The notes under the pieces were generated by a model. The model searched no databases. It was given only the letters and a program-made list of their open reading frames with translations, and had not been told where the DNA came from. The position numbers were made by a program, and so were the translations under genes. From positions 1 to 56,188 of the forward strand of contig JAGPBS010000002.1 of assembly GCA_018063245.1 (NCBI GenBank): a stretch of DNA of 56,188 bases. Reading direction: 5' to 3'. This stretch comes from Alphaproteobacteria bacterium (GTDB lineage Bacteria > Pseudomonadota > Alphaproteobacteria > JAGPBS01). The stretch's first letter is position 1, and the number at the start of each line of letters is the position of its first letter. Shown one piece after another: positions 48,040-56,188 of this stretch.

Positions 48040-48927
48040 ATGTCAGATATAAATAAACCAGATCGTTCAAAGGTAGGAGTTGAAGACAACAAGGCTTTAG
48101 AAACAAAGAAAACTGAGTTTAATGAGCATAGTGTGTCACTTGATGAGTCTTCTCAGGCAGGGAGAATGGTGGGTAATTATAAAGCGATTGATGATTTTTT
48201 AAGCCCTATTGGTATGAGGATGTTGGATGCTATTTATGAAACTGATTTGAGTGAAGGTAAGCAAGCATTTGAAAAAGTACTAACACATCTTGCAGGTTCA
48301 AAAGGCGATATTTTGAAACTTTCTATGAAGAATGAGTATTTATATGGTTTAAAAAGTAATACTCTTTATGGGAAAAAGTACATGGAACTTACCCCGCGTC
48401 AACAAAGTAATCTTCAGAAATATGGCGGGGTTTCTAAAGAGGAAAGCCTTGTAAAGGCACAAAGGATCATGGATCAACTGACCCAATTGACAGGAAAGAC
48501 TAAAGACGAAGTGCAGAAAAATTTATCTGGAGATTATTTTAGTGATTCTCCTCTAGATTTTGCTTTCCATCTTTTAGATTTTAAAGAAGGCGTGGAAAGA
48601 TGTATAGAACATCAAGACCAGGATGAAGAGCAAAGTATGATACAGTGCTACAATAGCTATAGCCGCTTCAGAGATGCAATTTTGACCGGGGAAGTGTCCT
48701 CCGAGATGCGGTTGTTCTCGCATTTGCAAGTATTGATTCCCCCAGAAATAGGGCAATTAAAGGATTTAGAGGTGGTGTGGATTAGAGATGCATTAGTCGA
48801 TTCATTACCACCTGAAATTGAGCAATGTACTAAACTAGAACTATTGGTGATTCCTAGCGGGCTTCGAGTCAGTGTACCGGATGCCCTGAAAAACAACCCC
48901 AAAATAACAATTAAAAATAACGTTTAA
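48040..48927 (+). CDS. hypothetical protein with short C-terminal leucine-rich repeats
   Basis: GGAGGGA sits 5 nt before ATG 48040. The C-terminus, LQVLIPPEIGQLKDLEVVWIRDALVDSLPPEIEQCTKLELLVIPSGL, has 2-3 typical LRR units with the LPPEIGQL motif. The N-terminal 230 aa are not recognised. Confidence 0.68.
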   Translation: MSDINKPDRSKVGVEDNKALETKKTEFNEHSVSLDESSQAGRMVGNYKAIDDFLSPIGMRMLDAIYETDLSEGKQAFEKVLTHLAGSKGDILKLSMKNEYLYGLKSNTLYGKKYMELTPRQQSNLQKYGGVSKEESLVKAQRIMDQLTQLTGKTKDEVQKNLSGDYFSDSPLDFAFHLLDFKEGVERCIEHQDQDEEQSMIQCYNSYSRFRDAILTGEVSSEMRLFSHLQVLIPPEIGQLKDLEVVWIRDALVDSLPPEIEQCTKLELLVIPSGLRVSVPDALKNNPKITIKNNV

Positions 48928-48957
48928 AAGCTAAAAAATTTTAAATGTGAATGAGGG

Positions 48958-48991
48958 CCAAGCTGATTTAAAATCAACTTGGTTTTCTGTT
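48958..48991 (+). terminator. rho-independent terminator after the LRR gene
   Basis: CCAAGCTGAT-TTAAA-ATCAACTTGG (9/10 stem) followed by TTTTCTGTT, 31 nt after the stop. Confidence 0.65.
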
Positions 48992-49062
48992 AATAAAGGT
49001 CTATGATATGGAAAATAGGACAATTGTCAGATCAGATAGTTGTTTTTTAACATATAACATAG

Positions 49063-50109
<1,047 letters not shown>

Positions 50110-50178
50110 ATGGAGTGTTTGTGGGATTATGTTTTTCCACAACATGCTTCAGGAGAAATGAAGAGCTGAGAGTAAGAT

Positions 50179-51027
50179 ATGCGTCCGATCGTTAAAAGCA
50201 GAGCCTCTTCTTTTAGAGCCTACACGCAGAAGCTAACACTCCTTTTTTTCTTGGTGTTTTCGATTTTGCTGGCCAGTTTTCATTCATCTGAACCTGAGAA
50301 AATTAAACCGATTCAGACCTATTTTGATGATGTATCTGCTGGAATTTTGAGCCTTTTCACAAGCCCTGGGCATGTTTTTGTGAGGCTTTACGATTCCATC
50401 CATCACTATTTTGTTGTTTACGCCGAGAATGAGCAATTGCGATATGAGAATGCTCAATTGAAGCTCTGGCAACAAACGGCTTTAAGGCTTGAATCAGAAA
50501 ATCATTCTATGAAATCTCTTTTGGCTTTAAAGGATCATGGTGGTCAGTCTTATATCTCAGCAAAAATTGTGGGAGATGCAATCTCTCCTTTCAGTAAAAC
50601 ATATTTATTGAAAGTGGGAGCCCATGATGGCATTAAGATGGGTCAGGCCGTTGTTGTTGGTAAGGTTCTTGTTGGCCATATTGTAGAGGTTGGTCAATCA
50701 TCGTCACGTGTTCTTTTGCTCAGTGATTTTGATTCACACATTGCTGTTAAGTTCTTATCAAGCGGTGACAGAGCGATGATCAATGGAAATGGACTAAACG
50801 GTGTTTCAATTGAATTTATTGGTGATGACGTTCGGTATTTAAAAGATGATTATATTGTAACATCTGGTGTTGAGGGGTATTTGCCAGAAGGTCTTTTGAT
50901 TGGGCGCCTGAAGCCTGGGACAATGGATATTGTTCCGCTGATTAACTATGAAAGACTTGATATTGTCCAGATTGTGATAGAGAATAAATCTTTGTTAGAA
51001 GAAATTGACAAATTGGGACAGGAATAA
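50179..51027 (+). CDS. mreC: rod-shape-determining protein MreC
   Basis: N-terminal TM, coiled coil (ENEQLRYENAQLKLWQQ), and C-terminal beta domains (VVVGKVLVGHIVEVGQSSSRVLLLSD). Positioned after mreB. Confidence 0.88.
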   Translation: MRPIVKSRASSFRAYTQKLTLLFFLVFSILLASFHSSEPEKIKPIQTYFDDVSAGILSLFTSPGHVFVRLYDSIHHYFVVYAENEQLRYENAQLKLWQQTALRLESENHSMKSLLALKDHGGQSYISAKIVGDAISPFSKTYLLKVGAHDGIKMGQAVVVGKVLVGHIVEVGQSSSRVLLLSDFDSHIAVKFLSSGDRAMINGNGLNGVSIEFIGDDVRYLKDDYIVTSGVEGYLPEGLLIGRLKPGTMDIVPLINYERLDIVQIVIENKSLLEEIDKLGQE

Positions 51028-51081
51028 GCTAGCCGAAATGCCTGTTGTTCGGTAATTTATGTAAGTGTGGGATCTGATTGA

Positions 51082-51597
51082 ATGACTGTATTATCGAGTG
51101 CGTACTTTGTGAAAAATCCTGTAAAAAAGCTTGTTCCAGGTTTTATTCTGATGGCTTTAATGATTTTTAGATTTGTTCCTCAAGGGTTTTATGGGTCGGC
51201 AATTCTTGTTGATGCTTTTTTGATTGGTGCTTTATTTTATTGGTCTCTCTTTGCTTCAAATCTTGTGCCTCTTATTTTTTGTTTTGTGTTTGGATTATGT
51301 TACGATTTGTTGGCAGGTACGCTACTGGGTGTTATGCCACTTTGTTTTTTGGTTTTAAGGTCAGCTGCTTATTACCGCCGTGTTCGGTTCATACGCTCTC
51401 CTTTTTCCAAAATATGGCAATATTTCGCTTTGTCGGTTATTCTTGCAGGTTTTGTACGGTATCTGCTTTTTTCTTACCATGCGAAGAGCATGTCTCTCTT
51501 TTTGCCCCTTGCTTACGATTACCTCTTAACGATTTTATTTTTCCCTTTGTCTTTTTTTGTGATGAGGAAAATCCATCAGTGGCTTTTAGCTTCGTAA
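51082..51597 (+). CDS. mreD: rod-shape-determining protein MreD
   Basis: 171-aa polytopic membrane protein located between mreC and mrdA. Confidence 0.75.
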   Translation: MTVLSSAYFVKNPVKKLVPGFILMALMIFRFVPQGFYGSAILVDAFLIGALFYWSLFASNLVPLIFCFVFGLCYDLLAGTLLGVMPLCFLVLRSAAYYRRVRFIRSPFSKIWQYFALSVILAGFVRYLLFSYHAKSMSLFLPLAYDYLLTILFFPLSFFVMRKIHQWLLAS

Positions 51598-51609
51598 GGG
51601 ATGTAAGAC

Positions 51610-53442
51610 ATGGATTTTGATCACGATAAATTTCATATCTTTCAGCGGCGTAGTATTTTAATCGGCGCTTTCAAAGGTCTTTTATTGTCAGCGGTACTTG
51701 GAAGAATGTTTTATCTGCAAGTGATTGAGGGGCAGAAATATAAAACAATGGCTGAAAAGAACCGGATCAGTGTGAGACCTATCTCACCAGGACGAGGTTT
51801 AATTGTTGATTTAAAAGAAGAAATTCTTGCTCGAAATGATCAAAATTTTAGCGCTTTTTTTCTGCGTGAGAAAACAGATGATGTTGAAAAATCGCTCTCA
51901 GCTTTTGTCAAATTACTGCATCTGACAGATGGAGAACAAGAACGCATTCGGCGTTTTTTGAAGAGTCGGAAAAAGTTTTTACCCGTTCTTCTAAAAGAGA
52001 ATCTAACTTGGGAACAGGTTGCAAAGATTCAATTTGCCATGCCTCATTTGCCAGGCATCTTTATTGATGTGGGTGAAATCAGAAGCTACCCATACAAGGG
52101 GCTTCTGGCTCACTTGCTTGGTTATGTGGGCTCGATCTCTCCTGAAGAGCAAAAAAAGAATCCAGATCCAATCTACACAATCCCTGGGATGAAGATTGGT
52201 CGTTCAGGGATTGAATCAGCCTTTGATAATCAACTTCGAGGCACGCCAGGGGCGAAACAGTTAGAAGTGAATGCACTTGGCAGAGTTGTGCGTGAACTTG
52301 CTCACGATCCAGGTAAAATTGGAAAAAAAGTACAGTTGACAATTCATTTGGGCCTCCAGCAGCGTATTGGTGAGTTGCTCCAAGAGCATCAGAGCGGTAG
52401 TTGTGTGGTGATGGATGCCCAAACAGGAGCTGTTTATGGATGCGTCTCTCATCCTGGATATGATCCCAATCTTTTTGTGGGCGGGATATCAGATACTAGC
52501 TGGAAACAGTTTTTGGAAGATCCAGCAAGGCCTCTCACCAATAAAGTGATCGCAGGTCAATATGCACCAGGCTCAATTTTTAAAATGACAATTGCTTTGG
52601 CGGCTCTTGAACATAATGCTGTTAACAAAAACCATCAGGTTTTTTGTAAGGGGTATATTGATTATGGAAACCACCGCTTTCACTGTGTTCATAAGCATGG
52701 GTGTGGAACAGTCAATTTTCATCGAGCCATTCAAAAATCGTGTGACTCCTTTTTCTATGATTTAGGAGGGCGACTCTCAATCGATCAAATCGCTAAGACA
52801 GCGAGAATGCTGGGCTATGGCCAAAAGTATGACTTAGGGCTTACAGGTGAGAGTCCGGGTCTGATTCCAGATAAGGCCTGGAAGATCAAAAAACATGGAG
52901 TCCCTTGGGTAGGTGGCGATACGATTAATGCATCGATCGGACAGGGTTATATCCTGGTGACACCATTGCAGATAGCTGTGATGACAGCCCGATTTGCAAA
53001 TGGCGGCAAGGCTGTCACACCTTACTTTGTGCGTCAAGTTGATAATGAGTTAGTTCATCCCGTAAAATTTCCAGAGTTAGACTTTAACCCTGAAAATATT
53101 GATATTATTGTTGATGGCATGAAAGCTGTTGTGCAGCCTGATGGTACAGGGAAGCACGCTTTTATCGAAGATCCTTCGTTTCAAATGGGCGGGAAAACAG
53201 CAACAACACAGGTAAAGCGTATTTCAATGGAAGATCGTGAAAAAGGTCTTGTGGGGAACGAACATAGGCCATGGCATCATCGAGATCATGCCATGTTTAC
53301 TTGTTTTGGCCCAACGGATAATCCGCGCTATGCGCTTGCGATTATTGTCGATCATGGGGGGTTCGGAGGCTCAGTTGCAGCACCCCTTGCTAAAAAGATT
53401 ATGCTGGCTTGTAAAGAATTTAAACCAGCAGAGCTTGTGTAA
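51610..53442 (+). CDS. mrdA: penicillin-binding protein 2 (elongasome transpeptidase)
   Basis: N-terminal TM and PBP dimerisation domain. Transpeptidase motifs are GSIFK (SxxK), SCDSFF (SxD/N-like) and GGKTATTQ (KTG-like). Confidence 0.92.
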   Translation: MDFDHDKFHIFQRRSILIGAFKGLLLSAVLGRMFYLQVIEGQKYKTMAEKNRISVRPISPGRGLIVDLKEEILARNDQNFSAFFLREKTDDVEKSLSAFVKLLHLTDGEQERIRRFLKSRKKFLPVLLKENLTWEQVAKIQFAMPHLPGIFIDVGEIRSYPYKGLLAHLLGYVGSISPEEQKKNPDPIYTIPGMKIGRSGIESAFDNQLRGTPGAKQLEVNALGRVVRELAHDPGKIGKKVQLTIHLGLQQRIGELLQEHQSGSCVVMDAQTGAVYGCVSHPGYDPNLFVGGISDTSWKQFLEDPARPLTNKVIAGQYAPGSIFKMTIALAALEHNAVNKNHQVFCKGYIDYGNHRFHCVHKHGCGTVNFHRAIQKSCDSFFYDLGGRLSIDQIAKTARMLGYGQKYDLGLTGESPGLIPDKAWKIKKHGVPWVGGDTINASIGQGYILVTPLQIAVMTARFANGGKAVTPYFVRQVDNELVHPVKFPELDFNPENIDIIVDGMKAVVQPDGTGKHAFIEDPSFQMGGKTATTQVKRISMEDREKGLVGNEHRPWHHRDHAMFTCFGPTDNPRYALAIIVDHGGFGGSVAAPLAKKIMLACKEFKPAELV

Positions 53443-53535
53443 GTGTTTTGCAAGCCTGTACATATAGATATTTTTACACAGTTTTTCTAACGCTTTTCTT
53501 TTTCATGCGTAGGCTTTGAGTGTTCCCTTTATTAA

Positions 53536-53564
53536 TTGACATCTTATATTTAATGCAATAGATT
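53536..53564 (+). promoter_or_regulatory. possible sigma-70 promoter for the large downstream ORF
   Basis: TTGACA (53536-53541), a 17-nt spacer, then TAGATT (53559-53564), about 85 nt upstream of ATG 53649. Pattern match only, in an AT-rich region. Confidence 0.3.
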
Positions 53565-53648
53565 ATCTATGTTGAAGCTGATTTAGCTGCAAAGTCTGTT
53601 TATAATTGTGTATTTAAATTGTTAATTCTATTTATATAAGGAAATAAA

Positions 53649-56188
53649 ATGTCAGGACTTTTACCTCCCAATCCAAACCCAAATCCTAATCCTAATCCTA
53701 ATCCTAATCCGAACCCAAATCCTGTAGGAGCTTTGATCAATTCTGCCCCTCCAAAAAGACCTGTTGAATCAGCAGAACAGCCTCCTAAAAGGCTTCATAT
53801 TTCCGTCAGGCCTGGGTCAGTGACTGTGACACATATTGAAAATCGAACTGTTGCGGCTCCTGCCGTAGCTTTAACGCCTCAGCAGTCTCTTGATAAGGCT
53901 CAATCTTTCAAGGCGCAGAGTCTTCAGGCTACAGTTTATGAAGACTATAGTCGTTTGCAACGGGAGGCTTTGGACCTTATTTGGGGTGTGTTTGAAGAAG
54001 GTAATCCTAGTGGTTCAAGGGAATCTTCTATCGCTTTACACATGCTCATATCAGAATTTAATCTCAATTCTGGTCACACAGCTTTTCAGGATAGGTTGAA
54101 AATGGCTTCGTGGTACGTGCATCGTCAGGTAGATTTCGGGCTTATGCTTTTAGATCAGAAAATTAGAGCTCTGCAAAAAAACGTTCCATTTGAGTCTAAT
54201 GTCAATTTTTGTTTAAAGCTGTATGCTGTTTTGGAAAAAAATTCTGAGATTTCTAAATCTCTCGTTGCTATGGCTCTTAAAATTCGGCTTCAATCACGAT
54301 TACTTGTTGAAGCTAAAAAAATGAAATCTATTTACAAGGCAGCACATAGATCTGAAAGTGCCGCAAAGTCGACCATCCGGGTTGGATATGATCGTTCTAT
54401 GAATTTAGCCTTCAAGATATGGAATAGTCTTAAGGTGGATAGTACCGAGGCAGTGATTAAGCTTGGACATTGCTATTTCGCAGGACTTGGGGTCGCTCAA
54501 GATTATCAAGAGGCTTTTAGGCTCTGGAATTCACTTGATCGTGATTTGTGGGATGAGATTGGGTATAAATTAGGGCGATGCTATTATGAAGGTAAGGGCG
54601 TGTCACAAGATCAGGAAAAGGCAATCGATATTTGGTTATCCTGCAAAATTGACGAGAAGGCCGAAAATGCATTGGCGGATCATTATTTATCTGTCCTTTC
54701 AGAAGATGTGTCTTTATTCCTTAAAGACATTTTAGAGCCTCACAGCCCGGAAAATCGTCTTTGTTTTACGCGGGTCTTCTTTTATCTTCCCGTTGATATG
54801 CAAGAAAAAGTTATCGCTTTCTTTCAAGGCACTCAAAGTCGAGATGATCTTAGAGCGTTATTCCAAGCCTGGGATGATCAGCTTTCAGTTTCGGGCTTAC
54901 TTCAATGGGGTAATGAGGGTCCAAATTATCCAGAAATGTTAATTTTCTTCCTTGAGAAAGTGGTGCTTGATCTTGATGCCATCAAACTGAGATGGATTGA
55001 AATTCTAAGAGATCCTGATGCTAGAATAATAACTCAATTTTGTCAGTTTCTATCTAAGGTCTTTGAAAAAAGTGATATGTTTGGTGAGTTTGATGAATTT
55101 ACTCAAGAATATGTTGCAGCAGATATTCGCTTGTCACAGCTGAATGAGGCCACAAGCCCATATAAGATTTACGCAGATATTAAGGAGAATAGGGCTGTTG
55201 CTTGTGAGGTGACTCAATTGCCAACTGAAACTTATCAAGGCGTTAAGATGTCTCTGAAGCCTGCGTTTTTGAAAAATGAATTGGTCGGAAGGCAAGTTTA
55301 TGTCAGAGATCTGCCGAAGCTGGATCTGCATGCGCGTCTGCAATCTGCAGTTCAATCTCTGATACAGAGAAAGAATGAGCCAGGTTTTGAAGGCGCCGTC
55401 AAGGATGTGACGGGTTCATCTTTGGTTGAGTTAGAGTCTCAAGCCCTTGGAAGTTCTTATCTTCTCAATCTATTAACCTATGAGAATAAAAAGCCAGGTG
55501 AGTTAGTGCCTTTGATTGCTCTGAAATTTATGAAGATTGTGGAGAATATTTTCTCAAAGTCTGCAGAAAGAGAAGAAGGGCAGGTTTTGTCGAATCGTGA
55601 AGAGACCTTGCTGAGGACGCTGGCTTCTATCGGCGGATGTATCTATGGAAAGAGAGAGGGCGTTGATGCTTACTATCCTTCTGTTGCAGCGGAATTTCCG
55701 ATCAGATCGAGTCAGCCAATTGAAGACATCGCTCAGATGAAACCAGGTGAAGAAATGGTATATGAAGGGATTACGAATGCCATTGAAGCATTTATCACGA
55801 ATCCCCAATCATACTTTTATAAAGTTCTCTGCTGTTTGAAACCTGGTGATGAGGTCATGGAAGCCGCTCACCAAACGATTCATGTGAAGAATATGATTGG
55901 TGGTGAGATTGGTCTTGAAGATAGTATTTTCTTTGATGTTCATACCCCTTTAATGTACGAACCCCTTCTTGCAAGATCGAAGCAGGAAATATTGGATATG
56001 TTTTATCAGCACTTTAGACCTCTTTCTCTTATAGGTCTGGTGCGGACATATTTGAACAAGGTCCTAGCATTGCCTAAATCAACGGCCTATACACATCTGA
56101 GCGAAGCCTTTCAAGACGTTCTTGATGGTTGCACTGATCCATGGCAAATTGACACAGACAAGGTCTGTGTTGAGCTGACGGATGAGGC
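53649..56188 (+). CDS. large hypothetical protein (partial, >846 aa): N-terminal (Pro-Asn) repeat, Sel1-like repeats, unrecognised C-terminal region
   Basis: Hand translation from ATG 53649 (AAGGA 7 nt upstream) found no stop codon through 56188. It is absent from the ORF track, presumably because it has no in-window stop. Sel1-like units are AVIKLGHCYFAGLGVAQDYQEAFRLW and IGYKLGRCYYEGKGVSQDQEKAIDIW. Confidence 0.8.
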   Translation, partial: MSGLLPPNPNPNPNPNPNPNPNPNPVGALINSAPPKRPVESAEQPPKRLHISVRPGSVTVTHIENRTVAAPAVALTPQQSLDKAQSFKAQSLQATVYEDYSRLQREALDLIWGVFEEGNPSGSRESSIALHMLISEFNLNSGHTAFQDRLKMASWYVHRQVDFGLMLLDQKIRALQKNVPFESNVNFCLKLYAVLEKNSEISKSLVAMALKIRLQSRLLVEAKKMKSIYKAAHRSESAAKSTIRVGYDRSMNLAFKIWNSLKVDSTEAVIKLGHCYFAGLGVAQDYQEAFRLWNSLDRDLWDEIGYKLGRCYYEGKGVSQDQEKAIDIWLSCKIDEKAENALADHYLSVLSEDVSLFLKDILEPHSPENRLCFTRVFFYLPVDMQEKVIAFFQGTQSRDDLRALFQAWDDQLSVSGLLQWGNEGPNYPEMLIFFLEKVVLDLDAIKLRWIEILRDPDARIITQFCQFLSKVFEKSDMFGEFDEFTQEYVAADIRLSQLNEATSPYKIYADIKENRAVACEVTQLPTETYQGVKMSLKPAFLKNELVGRQVYVRDLPKLDLHARLQSAVQSLIQRKNEPGFEGAVKDVTGSSLVELESQALGSSYLLNLLTYENKKPGELVPLIALKFMKIVENIFSKSAEREEGQVLSNREETLLRTLASIGGCIYGKREGVDAYYPSVAAEFPIRSSQPIEDIAQMKPGEEMVYEGITNAIEAFITNPQSYFYKVLCCLKPGDEVMEAAHQTIHVKNMIGGEIGLEDSIFFDVHTPLMYEPLLARSKQEILDMFYQHFRPLSLIGLVRTYLNKVLALPKSTAYTHLSEAFQDVLDGCTDPWQIDTDKVCVELTDE
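53667..53723 (+). repeat. hexanucleotide (CCN-AAY) microsatellite encoding P(NP)x9
   Basis: ccc aat cca aac cca aat cct aat cct aat cct aat cct aat ccg aac cca aat cct, read directly. The core is four perfect AATCCT units. Confidence 0.9.

Noticed and set aside
51240-51620. 126-aa plus-strand ORF
   Set aside because: It is an alternate frame within mreD. The mreD frame gives a coherent polytopic membrane protein in the expected position.

Overview
AT-rich chromosomal window (about 40% GC by eye, not computed) with roughly 50 genes. All family calls come from motif recognition by eye; no searches were run.

The housekeeping synteny looks alphaproteobacterial: the tsaE / amgK-murU / addB / addA block, aminotransferase-ftsK-lolA, a FYDLN_acid zinc-ribbon protein, and mreB-mreC-mreD-mrdA. 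The accessory content suggests a host-associated lifestyle (protist or amoeba symbiont-like).

Accessory modules:
1. 1.2-5.0 kb: a non-flagellar type III secretion sub-operon, sctN-sctO-sctP-sctQ, with no other injectisome genes beside it.
2. 5.5-6.5 kb: a lone PEP-CTERM-tailed secreted protein. About 33 kb away (38.9-48.0 kb) is an eight-gene XrtA/PEP-CTERM-type exopolysaccharide locus in canonical order. It stops where the exosortase gene normally sits.
3. Three eukaryote-like repeat proteins that are plausible secreted effectors: a CC-type LRR protein (11.7-12.4 kb), a short C-terminal LRR protein (48.0-48.9 kb), and a >846-aa PN-repeat/Sel1-repeat ORF starting at 53649. The last runs off the window and is missing from the supplied ORF track.
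4. 33.7-35.4 kb: an nsrR-glbN-reductase operon. A truncated haemoglobin is translationally coupled to its own 2Fe-2S/FAD reductase, with a 12-3-12 palindromic candidate NsrR box upstream.
5. Directly downstream on the same strand: two tandem paralogues with an unrecognised N-terminal domain fused to a GNAT acetyltransferase, next to a LysR regulator and a methyltransferase.
6. A fused AmgK-MurU ORF.
7. Structured non-coding elements: a 222-bp GC-rich nested palindrome (MITE-like) at 19.46 kb, a 104-bp hairpin beside tRNA-Ala(GGC), a 35-bp perfect palindrome just before an AAA ATPase gene, and 21-bp tandem repeats at the left edge.

No CRISPR array, rRNA, transposase or integrase gene was seen.
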